This document shows, in pieces, positions 16,901 through 29,656 of a DNA stretch of 64,000 nt. The stretch lies in NCBI GenBank assembly GCA_038244715.1, contig JBBRTE010000011.1, positions 75,386 to 139,385 of the forward strand. Direction: 5' to 3'. The notes beneath the pieces were generated by a model that did no database searches, was not told where the DNA came from, and was given only the letters and a program-made list of their open reading frames with translations. A program made the position numbers and the translations under genes. The stretch comes from Thermoanaerobaculia bacterium (GTDB taxonomy: Bacteria > Acidobacteriota > Thermoanaerobaculia > Gp7-AA8). How positions within the stretch are numbered: position 1 is the stretch's first letter; each line of letters opens with the position of its first letter.

Positions 16901-18829
16901 ATTCCAGACGCGGACGAAGGCCTCCTGAAACTTTTGTTTGATGGGCGTGAGGTCGTCCTGCATCCCCTCCGCGTTCAGGCTGAAGTCACGGATGCGCACC
17001 GTCGACGCCGCGCCGAACGGATGGACTTCGTACGGCTCCTCGGCAAGCACCTTCAGCCCCATGTTCTCGAGCCGCGGCATGATCTCGGAAAGCGGCACGG
17101 GGGGACCGGAGTGGATGATCTTGCAGTGGAACTGCCGCTCATCGCCCCGGTGGCGGTAGAGGTCGACCACGAGTTTGCCCGTAGCCAGGACCTCTTCGAT
17201 ATGGTCGATGTCGTACATCGCCGCGTCGGCCAGGAATCGCTCCATGTACGCGGCCGAGAAGGCCTTCTTGTAGCGGCGCTGCAGTTCGATCCCCTGTTCC
17301 TCGCCGAAGCGATGACAGAGCGTGTCGAGGAGACGGTCGCCCCAGGTGCGCGCCGCGTCCGACAGAATCGCCTCGATGCGCTTCTCGTCGACTTCGGGGA
17401 TCTGACCGGCGGTCGTGCGGACAACGAAGAGAATGCGCGCCAGCGGCGCGTCGGTCACGTGCTCGTAGACCGCCGTGTCGCGGCCGGCGAACTGCTCCTC
17501 CAGGATCTGCCTCGCCTTCTCTCGGAACTCGGCAGTGTTCTGATCGCGCGGCACGAACACGTAGCACGAGATGAATCGATCGAAGACGTCCTTGCGGGTG
17601 AAGAGTGCCACGCGGTGGCGCTCCTGGAGCAGCAGGATCCCGCGGGCGATGTCGTAGAGCTGCCCATCAGTGATCTGGAAAAACTCGTCGCGGGGAAACG
17701 TCTCCAGGATGTCGACGAGGGCCTTGCCGTTGTGGCTCCGCGGATCGAGGCCGGCACGCTCGATCGTGCGCTTCGCCTTGAGCCGCAGCATCGGGATCTC
17801 CCGCACGCTGCGGCTGTAGGCTGCCGAGGTGAAGAGACCGAGGAAGCGGTCTTCTCCGATGAGATTCCCTTCGTCGTCGTAACGCTTGATCCCGATCCGG
17901 TCGAGCGGCACCGGACGATGAATCGTGCTGCGGCTGTTCGCCTTCGTGATGATCAGCAGATCCTTCGTTCTGGCGTAGTCGCTGAACTCTGCGGTCAGCG
18001 GCGCGGAGCCGCGGGCGGCCGACTCGGCGCGAATCCCGCGAAGGATCCCCAGACCGCTTCCCGAGATGGGAGGCAGGTAGTCCTTCCCCTCACGCGTCTC
18101 GAATCCGTAGCGGCGAAACCCGACCAGGATGAAGTTTCCGTCGTCGAGCCACTGCAGGAATGCCCGCGCTTCGGCCACTTCCTCCTGCGGCATTGGCAGC
18201 GTCGCACGTTCGAGCTCGGCGACTTCCGCCTTGAGTGTGTCGCGCATCACCTGCCAGTCCTTGACCGCGGCCCGTACGTCGGAGAGCACTCGCTCGATGG
18301 CCGCGGAGATCGTCTGCAGCTCGGCGGCGTCGGTTTCCTGGTCCATCTCCAGGTGCATGTACGACTCGACAATCGCGTCCATGGGCGCTTCGTGCGTCGA
18401 TGTCAGCTCCACCCTCCGGCCTCCGGCATTGCGGCGGACGCGGACCACCGGATGCAGCAGGAGGTGGATGTTCCTGGCCAGACGGTTTACCTCGGCGCTG
18501 ACGGAGTCGACGAGGAAGGGCATATCGTCATTCACGATCTCGATGACGGTGTGCTCGATCCCCCATCCATTCGCTTCCACGGAGGGGTTGAACAGCCGGA
18601 TCTTCGGGGCACCGACGTGACGCATCTCGCCGAACTGCCAGAGCGAGAGTGCGGCGCCGAGAAGAGTGTCGAACGAGCTGTAGATGATGTCGTCGGGAGC
18701 GACCAGGGCGAAGAAGCGCCGCACGAAGGCCTCGGCGCTGTCCGCCTGCTCGCTGCTGACACGTTTGTGTGCTTCGGTGGCAAGGCGCTCGACGAGATCT
18801 GCCTTGCGCTGCTCAGGGGTCATGGTCAT
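13976..18829 (-). CDS. gdhB: NAD-specific glutamate dehydrogenase, large (about 1600 aa) GdhB/Bac_GDH type
   Basis: The 1617-aa product has the catalytic core '[41 protein letters not shown]' and the characteristic long N- and C-terminal regions. The start was taken at '[16 protein letters not shown]'. The 120 codons further upstream in the ORF are not protein-like. Confidence 0.85.
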   Translation of the reverse strand: [1617 protein letters not shown]

Positions 18830-18892
18830 GAATCGCGGCTCCTGCAACTGCGGGCGCCGATCATATCGCGGCACTAAACGTCCCGGCACCCC

Positions 18893-19312
18893 GTGAATGC
18901 CTTGAAACGATGGAAAGAAGGCACTGGCGTCGATGGTACTGTTCGTGCCATCACAGAGCGAGAGCGAGAGAACGAATTCATGGCGCCAGACAACAACGAC
19001 AGAGTCCCGACGTCCTCGATCGTCATGAAAGCGATGGACGCAAAGACGTTCATGGAGTTGGAGGTGTTCGTCAAAGACCTGGAGAGCAGGCCGACGGATC
19101 GGCTGCTGCGCGACCTGGGAGTCCTGGTGGGACTTTCCGAGGCGAAGGCGCAGATCATTTCCTACGTGGTGGCCACGAAGTTCCGGCATGCGGGCGCCGA
19201 GGAGCGCAGCGTCATCCTGGACAGCGTGGCCGCGACCTCGGAGAGCCTTCCCGAGGGCGACGACCGCAGCCGAGTCCTGGACGTGCTGAAACGGCTCCGC
19301 GGCGTGCTTTAG
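18893..19312 (+). CDS. hypothetical small protein (the start may be the internal ATG at about 18980)
   Basis: ORF with no recognisable motifs. It is divergent from gdhB. Confidence 0.3.
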   Translation: MNALKRWKEGTGVDGTVRAITERERENEFMAPDNNDRVPTSSIVMKAMDAKTFMELEVFVKDLESRPTDRLLRDLGVLVGLSEAKAQIISYVVATKFRHAGAEERSVILDSVAATSESLPEGDDRSRVLDVLKRLRGVL

Positions 19313-19693
19313 CCCAGGCGCTGCAGGCCGCTAGTCATGTGAGGCTCAGCTTGCGATATTCGCGTTCCCGTGTCGTCGTGCAAGGCAGGACAAAAAAATC
19401 ACGTCGCATTGACTTGAGACTCCGCCAGATTCGGGCCTGCGTGATCGAGATGCGCACGATTTTGTCGAGACGGCCAGGAACCACCCTGCAGGCGTCGTGG
19501 ACGACCGGCGACTCTGACTCAACGATCCACGTCGTTGCCATCAATAGGACCACGCCTGCACCGATCCATGGCAGCGCGTACCTGGCCACGAACGGCGCAA
19601 CTTCCCGACATCGCCTTCGGGCGAAGCTCCGATCACCGAGGAAGACGTGCGCGAGCGACGGCGGCCGACCTGGTCCGAGCACTCCGCGTTTTC

Positions 19694-21433
<1,740 letters not shown>

Positions 21434-21434
21434 G

Positions 21435-21944
21435 TCAGGTCCATTTCGCGGTTCGTTTTTCGAGGAAGGCGGCGAGGCCTTCCTGTGGCTCGCCGGTGGC
21501 GAAGAGATGTGCAAATGCGACGCGCTCGGTGACGTCGCCGCCACGTCCACGAATCAGCGCAGCCGCGGTGTCGAGAGCGAGCGGACTTCGCCCGCCGATC
21601 CAGCCCGCAAGCCACTCTATCGGATCGGCTCCGGAAGGAACAAGTGCGTCCGCCAAACCTTCCCCCACCGCATCGCGCGCCGTCATGGTCGTCCGGCCGA
21701 GCAGGTGCAATCGCGATGCGCGAGCACCGATGCGTCCCACCACAGCGCTCCATGCGTGCGGCGTATCGATCGTGATCGCTGCACGTTCGTCGATCGCCAC
21801 CCAGTCGCAGTGAAGTGCGGCGGCGAGGGGGGCACCGCGTAGATCGTTCGTTGCAACAGCGACCGTCATCTCCCGCCGCATGACCACGTCCTCGACACTT
21901 GCGGAAAGGAGCAGTTCCGGAGTGAGGACCCACACGCTGCTCAT
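21435..21944 (-). CDS. truncated enoyl-CoA hydratase/isomerase (crotonase)-fold protein (169 aa)
   Basis: The C-terminal two-thirds align with the crotonase fold, including the terminal '[14 protein letters not shown]' motif. The N-terminal about 90 aa of a normal crotonase, including the oxyanion hole, are absent. The start overlaps the methyltransferase stop codon (ATGA). Confidence 0.5.
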   Translation of the reverse strand: MSSVWVLTPELLLSASVEDVVMRREMTVAVATNDLRGAPLAAALHCDWVAIDERAAITIDTPHAWSAVVGRIGARASRLHLLGRTTMTARDAVGEGLADALVPSGADPIEWLAGWIGGRSPLALDTAAALIRGRGGDVTERVAFAHLFATGEPQEGLAAFLEKRTAKWT

Positions 21945-22687
21945 TCCTTCCGTGCCACCAGCAGCAGACCCGGACCGAAGGGAACGAACGAGAAGAGGCG
22001 GTCGATCGAGAAAATCGCACGGACCGCATTCACCAGCATGCGCGACCGGCCCGCACGGGCCACGGAGCGGAGTGCCGGGTCATCCTGGACCGACCGCCGG
22101 GAGCGGCGCTTGTTCATCGGCAGGATCACGAGCGTGTCGTAGACGAGGACGATGGGAAAACCCCAGAAGGAGGCCTTCCGGATCGTCATCGAGGCGTTCT
22201 CGAAGAGCGCCGTCAATTGCGAGCGTGCGTACCGCCGGCGGTGCTCGTAATAGTCATCGCTGGCCGTCCAGAGCGACTGCATCGCCGGAACGGTCGCGAT
22301 GCACGTTCCTCCTGCGGTCAGGACCCTGGAGATCTCGCCAACCGCCGACGCGTCATCGTCGAGATGCTCGAGGGTCTCCCCCGTCGTCACGCCGTCGAAG
22401 GCTCCGGAACGAAACGGCAGACGGGTGAGATCCCCGATGACGACTCCAATTCCGAGTGTTTTCCGGACGTGGAGGGCCGCATCGAGGGAGTAGTCGATTC
22501 CGACGACCTGGAAACCCCGCTGCTGCATGCGCGCGGCGAGCTGGCCGAGGCCGACGGCAGCATCGAGGATGCGGGCGCCGGGGGGCAACTGTTCCACCTC
22601 CCGGGTGATGATGCCGAGGCGGTATTCATGACGGGGACCGAACATCTCGGGCTGGCTTCCCCATGCGTGTGTATGTGTTTGCGTCAA
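21941..22687 (-). CDS. class I SAM-dependent methyltransferase
   Basis: 'ILDAAVGLGQLAARMQQRGFQVVGIDYS...VVIGDLTRLPFRSGAFDGVTTGETLEHLDD...LTAGG' matches Methyltransf_11/25-like motifs I to III. Confidence 0.7.
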   Translation of the reverse strand: MTQTHTHAWGSQPEMFGPRHEYRLGIITREVEQLPPGARILDAAVGLGQLAARMQQRGFQVVGIDYSLDAALHVRKTLGIGVVIGDLTRLPFRSGAFDGVTTGETLEHLDDDASAVGEISRVLTAGGTCIATVPAMQSLWTASDDYYEHRRRYARSQLTALFENASMTIRKASFWGFPIVLVYDTLVILPMNKRRSRRSVQDDPALRSVARAGRSRMLVNAVRAIFSIDRLFSFVPFGPGLLLVARKE

Positions 22688-22761
22688 TTCAAGTCCTGCA
22701 AATAATGACGAACTCCGCTATCATTGTGCACAAATTGAAATGCATGTTTGAAAGGAACTTC

Positions 22762-24084
22762 ATGCGACTCCTGAGATTAGCAGGCTCGGCCTTGGCGGCG
22801 ATCGCGGTCTTTTCCGTCGGGTCCGCCCTTGCGGCTGACCCGCCACATCTGAAGCCGAAGCCCGAGTACCAGGTCATCGGCGAGAAATTCGCGTTCAACG
22901 TCACGAGCGACCAGGGTTCCTTTCCCGGCCTCGGCAAGACGTACCACTACACCGACGCCGACGTACAGAGCTTCTTCATCAATATCTTCCAACTTGGCCT
23001 CAGCCCGACGCCCAATGTGTTCCCCGCCCCTAACTACATAGAACTCGGCTTCGTTCAGGGGAAGGGAGCGAAAGCCAACGACGACTGGTTCCTTACCCTT
23101 GGGACCAACCAGCTCGGGAGACCGCTCGCCACGGGAACGTACTTCCCGGCGACCCGCGCGCCATTCGCCTTCCCGAATACGGGCGGCCTCGATTTCGACC
23201 TGAACGGAGGCGGCTGCAACACACTCACGGGTCGCTACACGATCTCTGCGATCGCGTTCGATTGTAAGAATTTCGACGGAACCGGTCTTCGCTCGCACCT
23301 CAAGCAGCTGGTCATGAATTTCGAACAGCACTGCGATGGCCAAACGCCGGCCACGCGTGGACAACTCTCCTTTGTCGACCTGACCGGCGTTCCGTGCGAT
23401 GCCGGCACGGGAGGCTCGGGAGGAGGCGGCGGCGGTGGTGGTGGAACCCCGCCCCCGACTCCGACTCCCGCCGGCGCGCCGACGATCGTCCTGCCGGACA
23501 GCGTTCTTGCGGCCCCGGTCGTGATGTTGAACTCCAGCTCTACGACGGTTCTCTTCTCGACTGTCGCCACCAACACCGCCGCCGATGTGACGCTTACGGC
23601 GACGAGCGACTCCGACGACCTCCTGGCCACGATCAGCCCCGCGGTGATCAAGGCTCCGGGATCGGGCGATTCGGTGCTGACGATCAGGACCACATCGAAA
23701 ACACCGGCCGGCGATCACGTCATCACGATTACGGCCTCGGACGGAACGACGTCTTCCTCCGTTACGGTCTTCGTGACCGTGCTTTGCGATCCCCCCTTCA
23801 TCCTTGGCATCGACCAGCCCAAGGGCTCGACCGTCTCGCTCGGCCGGCCCGCACTCCTCTCGGTGAAAGCATCCGGCAGCGGTCCCTTCGCCTACCAGTG
23901 GTTCACCGGCGCCAGTGGCCTCGTGAACTTCCCGCTCGCGGGCGGAACAACGGCTAACTTGACGACGTCTGCTCTGAACGACACGACGTCCTACTGGGTT
24001 CGCGTGACGAACCCCTGCGGAAGCGTCGACAGCCAGACGGCGACAGTGAACGTTTCCTCCTCTGGAAAACAGGCGCGGCGCTGA
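22762..24084 (+). CDS. secreted protein with a Gly-rich/PT linker and C-terminal Ig-like repeat region
   Basis: Signal peptide 'MRLLRLAGSALAAIAVFSVGSALA'. The linker is 'GGSGGGGGGGGGTPPPTPTPAGAPT', followed by beta-rich repeats. No catalytic motifs were found. Confidence 0.45.
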   Translation: MRLLRLAGSALAAIAVFSVGSALAADPPHLKPKPEYQVIGEKFAFNVTSDQGSFPGLGKTYHYTDADVQSFFINIFQLGLSPTPNVFPAPNYIELGFVQGKGAKANDDWFLTLGTNQLGRPLATGTYFPATRAPFAFPNTGGLDFDLNGGGCNTLTGRYTISAIAFDCKNFDGTGLRSHLKQLVMNFEQHCDGQTPATRGQLSFVDLTGVPCDAGTGGSGGGGGGGGGTPPPTPTPAGAPTIVLPDSVLAAPVVMLNSSSTTVLFSTVATNTAADVTLTATSDSDDLLATISPAVIKAPGSGDSVLTIRTTSKTPAGDHVITITASDGTTSSSVTVFVTVLCDPPFILGIDQPKGSTVSLGRPALLSVKASGSGPFAYQWFTGASGLVNFPLAGGTTANLTTSALNDTTSYWVRVTNPCGSVDSQTATVNVSSSGKQARR

Positions 24085-24106
24085 ACCCCACTCCTATCGA
24101 AATCTC

Positions 24107-24140
24107 AAAACGCCCGGCCACGCCGGGCGTTTTGCTTTTA
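24107..24140 (+). terminator. rho-independent terminator (AAAACGCCCGGCCACGCCGGGCGTTTTGCTTTT)
   Basis: A GC-rich hairpin followed by a T-run, located 23 nt after the stop of the 22762-24084 gene. Confidence 0.6.
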
Positions 24141-24180
24141 TGATCCCTGCTCACAACACCTGCCGTTCGGAAAGGACCTC

Positions 24181-25365
24181 ATGAAACTACATTACGCGCT
24201 GGCCCTTCTGTTTCCCGTGGCTGCATGCGCACAGACTGCTCCCCTTGCGCCGTCCGCGCCGTCCCCGGCCGCCACCATGACCGCGTCCCCGGCCGCGCCA
24301 GCGAACGACGGCACATGGCAATTCGTCGTCTCCGGTGACTCACGCAATTGCGGCGACGTCGTCATGCCCGCGATCGCCGCGGCGGCAAAGACCCACGGCG
24401 CAGCGTTCTATTGGCACCTCGGCGACTGGCGCGCGATCTACAACTTCGATGAGGACATGGCCCAGGCCGCAGTGATGGCCGGCGCGCCGTTGCAGGTCCA
24501 CGCATACCTGGTCGCCGCCTTCAAGGATGCCCTCGACAACCAGGTCAAGGCGTTCGATGACCGCGGCATCCCGATCTGGACGGGCATCGGAAACCACGAG
24601 ACGGCCTGGCCGATGACACGCGCCGCCTTCGCGAAGTCGTTCCATTCATACCTCGACCTGCCCATGATCCGGGACCAGCGCCTGAAGGACGATCCTGCCG
24701 ATACGACGCCCCGAACGTACTTCCACGTCGTCAACAACGGGATCGACTTCATCACGCTCGACAACGCATCCTGCGACATGTTCGACGACGCCCAGATGGC
24801 GTGGCTCAAGCGCGTGCTCGCCCACGATGCTTCCGATCCGTCAATTCACACGGTGGTGGCGGGAATGCACGCCGCCTTGCCCGACAGCCGCTCGTGCGGC
24901 CACAGCATGGGCAACTATCCGATCCAGCAGACCAGCGGCCGCGCGGTGTACACGCTCCTCCTCGGCATGCGTGACACGCACAAGAAGAAGGTCTACGTCC
25001 TCGCCAGCCACTCGCACTTCGTCATGGACAACGTGTACGACACCGAGTACTGGCGCACGAACGGCGGCGTGTTGGAGGGGTGGATCGTCGGCACGTCCGG
25101 CGCCCAGCGTTACCGGCTCCCCGAGACCGCGATCCCGGGGCCGAACACGCGCACCGATGTCTACGGCTACCTTCTGGCGACGGTCCATCCCGACAGCTCG
25201 ATCACGTTCGCGTTCCAGGAGCTGACACCAAAAGACATCCCCGCGGACGTCATCAAGAAGTACTCGCGGAACTTCGTCGACAACGTCTGCTTCGCCGCGA
25301 ATCGAAACATGGCCACACAGACGGGCTACTGCCCGCCGATGCAGCAATGCACCGACGGCGACTGA
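24181..25365 (+). CDS. secreted metallophosphoesterase-like protein
   Basis: Signal peptide 'MKLHYALALLFPVAACA'. Degenerate calcineurin-like motifs 'VSGDSRNCGD', 'HLGDW', 'GIGNHET', 'ASHSHF'. Confidence 0.5.
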   Translation: MKLHYALALLFPVAACAQTAPLAPSAPSPAATMTASPAAPANDGTWQFVVSGDSRNCGDVVMPAIAAAAKTHGAAFYWHLGDWRAIYNFDEDMAQAAVMAGAPLQVHAYLVAAFKDALDNQVKAFDDRGIPIWTGIGNHETAWPMTRAAFAKSFHSYLDLPMIRDQRLKDDPADTTPRTYFHVVNNGIDFITLDNASCDMFDDAQMAWLKRVLAHDASDPSIHTVVAGMHAALPDSRSCGHSMGNYPIQQTSGRAVYTLLLGMRDTHKKKVYVLASHSHFVMDNVYDTEYWRTNGGVLEGWIVGTSGAQRYRLPETAIPGPNTRTDVYGYLLATVHPDSSITFAFQELTPKDIPADVIKKYSRNFVDNVCFAANRNMATQTGYCPPMQQCTDGD

Positions 25366-25381
25366 GCGGAGCCAGAACGAT

Positions 25382-25410
25382 AAAGGGCCGCGTCCGACGC
25401 GGCCCTTTGG
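25382..25410. terminator. hairpin terminator (AAAGGGCCGCGTCGGACGCGGCCCTTTGG) shared by the + strand gene and the tRNA on the - strand
   Basis: A perfect GC-rich inverted repeat flanked by an A-run and a T-run, giving a bidirectional intrinsic terminator. Confidence 0.55.
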
Positions 25411-25422
25411 ACAAATTTCGTT

Positions 25423-25498
<76 letters not shown>

Positions 25499-25589
25499 GG
25501 ACGACGGCGAAGAGTAGTCAGCGATCCGGATGCTGTCAAGCTCGTTGCCGGTGTCTCGCCCGCTAACGGCAGGGCCCTGATTCCTATTC

Positions 25590-26936
<1,347 letters not shown>

Positions 26937-26955
26937 CTAGCGGGAGACCTCGAGG

Positions 26956-29061
26956 CTACGCGGGCAGTTCAATTTCAAAGCGTGTTCCTCTCGGATGGTT
27001 GTCGTGAACGGAAATCCGGCCGTCATGGTCGTTCACGATGCGATGGACGATGGCCAGGCCGAGACCGGTGCCTCGCCCCTTGGTGGAAAAGTACGGGAGG
27101 AAAAGCTTCTCCTTGTCCGCATCCGGAACGCCGCGGCCTGGATCGACCACCTCGATGACGACGCGATGGGGTGCGCGCCGCGCGGACACGCGGACCTCGC
27201 CGGTTTCGGTCGCCTCGACGGCGTTCTTGAGCAGGTTGCCGACCGCTCGCCGGATTTGCTCCGGATCGACGAGCAGTTCGATGTCATTCTCAACCGAGAC
27301 ACTGACGGAGACGCCCGGCTTTCCATTGCGATACAGCTCCGCGGCCTCCTGCAGGATGTCCGCGAGCTGCGCGTGCCGCAGGTGCACGGCCGGCATGCGG
27401 GCGAACCGCGCGAACTCGTCGACCATCCGCTTGAGTTGTCCCACCTCGGTCACGATGGTCTTCGTCCCTTCTTCGATCGCGCGGGCCGTGTCGGGATCGT
27501 TGTTCTGAAACTTCCGGGCGATGCGCTCCGCCGAGAGCTGGATGGGCGTCAGCGGATTCTTGATCTCGTGCGCGATCCGGCGCGCTGCTTCGTTCCAGGC
27601 AGCCAGCTTCTGCGCCTGGACGAGCGATGTGGAGTCTTCGATGGCGACGACCCAGCCTTCATCGCCGCCGCCACCGGAAAGCCGCGCGACGGAGACTTCG
27701 AGATAGCGCAGTTCGCCGCCGCGGATCAACGTGACTTCGCGCGCCCGTCCCCCACGCGCGGTCAGTTCCCGGAGTGTGTCGGAAAGGGGCAGCAGGTCTC
27801 CGGTCAGCACCGAACAGAGGTTCGCGCGAGCCGGAGGCTCCTCGATCTGCAGCATCTGCATCGCGGCGTGGTTGACGCTGAGAAGCTCGAACGACTCCGT
27901 GAACGCCAGGATGCCGGCGGAGACGCTGTCGAGCACCGTCGACAGATACCGGTTCGCCTGTGTCAGCGCCTGCCGCTGCTCATCGAGCTGCGTCGACATG
28001 TCGTTGAACGACTCGATGAGGCGCCCCACCTCATCCGTCGCCGCCACCGCCACCCGGTACCCATAGCCACCCTCCGCAAGCTTCCCCGTCGCCTCAGCAA
28101 GTGCCTTGATCGGGATCGTGATGCGGCGCGAGGCGTAGATGGACGTCCAGAGGGTCCCGAAGAGGATCGCCAGTGTGACCGCCAGAAACAGCGACGTCTG
28201 CGAGGCTTTCAGCGTGGGCCGCTGCGCGTTGAGCTGCTCGAAATTCTTGTGCTGCACGATCGAGTCGTCGATGAGGTGACTCATCGTCGCCGGAATGAAG
28301 ACGCCGGCGATCGCGACGTTCGGCGTCGCCCCGATGCGGATCGCCGCGCGGATCCACTTCCCGCTCGCGCCGACGTCGATCTTCGTCGCCCGTGCGGACG
28401 CCCCAAGGTCATCGAAGAATTTCTTCGGCGGTTCGGACACCTCGTGGATCGGCGCGCGCGGATTGGCAACGACGCGCACGAGCGTGCCACCCCGATAGAG
28501 GCCGACCATGTCCACGTTGTGAAACTGCTGCACATGGTTGAGGACCGCGTCGAGTTGCGCCGGATCCTCGGCGACGTGACTGGAGGCCACCTCGCGCGCC
28601 GCTCCGGCCGCCATCATCGCCGACTGATCCTCGGCCATCCGTGCGATCGACTCCCCATTTGTGAGGATGCGGCTCACCGGGGCGTTGAACCAGCGGTCGA
28701 TCGAAGTCCGCAGAAGATCCGTCGCGAAGAAAAAGAGAATGAGGACAGGGATGAGCGATGTGGCCACCCAGGCCACAGCGAGCTTCGTCCGGAACCGCGA
28801 TCCGATGATGCCTCGCTGCCGCTCCAGGACCAGCTTCACCACTCCACGGAGGAGCACGAAGAGGATCCCGAAGATCAGGAGTACGTTGATGTTCGCGAGA
28901 ACGAACAGCAGCACCTGGCTGCTCAGGGCTTCGGGTGAGAGCTCCCTGGCCCTCTGGACGGCGTAATAAATCAGGCTCGTCGCAGCAAGGATCAGCAGCG
29001 GTACCGTCACGATGACCCGAGGGTCCTTGCGGTAACGCAGCAGGAGCGCGCGGAGGGTCAT
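26956..29061 (-). CDS. ntrY: sensor histidine kinase, NtrY-like (TM-HAMP-PAS-HisKA-HATPase)
   Basis: The H-box 'HEIKNPLTPIQLSAERI' is typical of NtrY-like kinases. N/G-box motifs and N-terminal TM helices are present. The stop overlaps the ntrX region in the classic ntrYX order. Confidence 0.75.
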   Translation of the reverse strand: MTLRALLLRYRKDPRVIVTVPLLILAATSLIYYAVQRARELSPEALSSQVLLFVLANINVLLIFGILFVLLRGVVKLVLERQRGIIGSRFRTKLAVAWVATSLIPVLILFFFATDLLRTSIDRWFNAPVSRILTNGESIARMAEDQSAMMAAGAAREVASSHVAEDPAQLDAVLNHVQQFHNVDMVGLYRGGTLVRVVANPRAPIHEVSEPPKKFFDDLGASARATKIDVGASGKWIRAAIRIGATPNVAIAGVFIPATMSHLIDDSIVQHKNFEQLNAQRPTLKASQTSLFLAVTLAILFGTLWTSIYASRRITIPIKALAEATGKLAEGGYGYRVAVAATDEVGRLIESFNDMSTQLDEQRQALTQANRYLSTVLDSVSAGILAFTESFELLSVNHAAMQMLQIEEPPARANLCSVLTGDLLPLSDTLRELTARGGRAREVTLIRGGELRYLEVSVARLSGGGGDEGWVVAIEDSTSLVQAQKLAAWNEAARRIAHEIKNPLTPIQLSAERIARKFQNNDPDTARAIEEGTKTIVTEVGQLKRMVDEFARFARMPAVHLRHAQLADILQEAAELYRNGKPGVSVSVSVENDIELLVDPEQIRRAVGNLLKNAVEATETGEVRVSARRAPHRVVIEVVDPGRGVPDADKEKLFLPYFSTKGRGTGLGLAIVHRIVNDHDGRISVHDNHPRGTRFEIELPA

Positions 29062-29627
29062 CTGCCGGTCTCCGCTGGCGCCATCACACGAACGGACCTC
29101 CAGCGCGTCGAGAACTCCCAGGGGATGAAGTAGAGCAGCCAGCCGCGCATCAGGTCGGCTTTCGCCCGCACCTTCAGTTTGTAAGGCGGACGCTTCCCGA
29201 TTTCGAAGAGGTTCGGCTCATCGATCGTGGTCATCGCCTTCTCGAGAGCAGCGAGATCACTGAATGTCTCCGAACGGACCAGCTTGTGATCCCGGCGGTA
29301 GTTGAGGAGGTATTCGCGGGTGAGCGAGTTGAAGGTGGCAATGACCTCGATGCGGGTGCGTCCAATGCCCTCGTCGAACCAGCGCGGCCGGTCGCGATAG
29401 ATCTCCACGACATAGGTCAGCGTCGTTGGCACACCGCTCTGGAGACCCTGCACAGTCTCCTGCCGCTCAAACGCGTGCGCCATCGTGAAGCGGACGCTGA
29501 CCTGCCGGTTGACGGCCCTGGCCGACAGCATGTCGATGGATGGATCAGCCGCCCGCGCAGCCGCCGCGGCTAGGAAAAACAGGACGGAGATAAGGGACAA
29601 TCTCACAGTGTGGCAATTTTGCCACAC
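29058..29627 (-). CDS. DUF4390 domain protein (periplasmic, signal peptide)
   Basis: Secreted roughly 190-aa protein encoded immediately upstream of ntrY, overlapping by 4 nt. This is the conserved DUF4390-ntrY-ntrX arrangement. Confidence 0.6.
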   Translation of the reverse strand: MWQNCHTVRLSLISVLFFLAAAAARAADPSIDMLSARAVNRQVSVRFTMAHAFERQETVQGLQSGVPTTLTYVVEIYRDRPRWFDEGIGRTRIEVIATFNSLTREYLLNYRRDHKLVRSETFSDLAALEKAMTTIDEPNLFEIGKRPPYKLKVRAKADLMRGWLLYFIPWEFSTRWRSVRVMAPAETGR

Positions 29628-29656
29628 TGCAGCGCATCGATCTCACAAATTTCGAG

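Noticed and set aside
14174-18877. Very long + strand ORFs (741 aa and 808 aa) antisense to the glutamate dehydrogenase gene
   Set aside because: These are typical high-GC antisense artefacts. The translations are Arg/Asp/His-rich low-complexity sequence with no motifs, and the minus-strand NAD-GDH is unambiguous.
19313-19693. 380-nt intergenic region after the mutase gene, considered for a cobalamin riboswitch
   Set aside because: It lies at the 3' ends of two convergent genes, so it cannot be a leader for the mutase. No B12-box-like sequence was recognised. It remains possible, though unsupported, as an sRNA locus.
23394-23470. GGCGGCGGTGGTGGTGG run, considered as a repeat or CRISPR-like element
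   Set aside because: It encodes an in-frame Gly/Pro/Thr linker of the secreted protein. There are no spacer-repeat periodicities.
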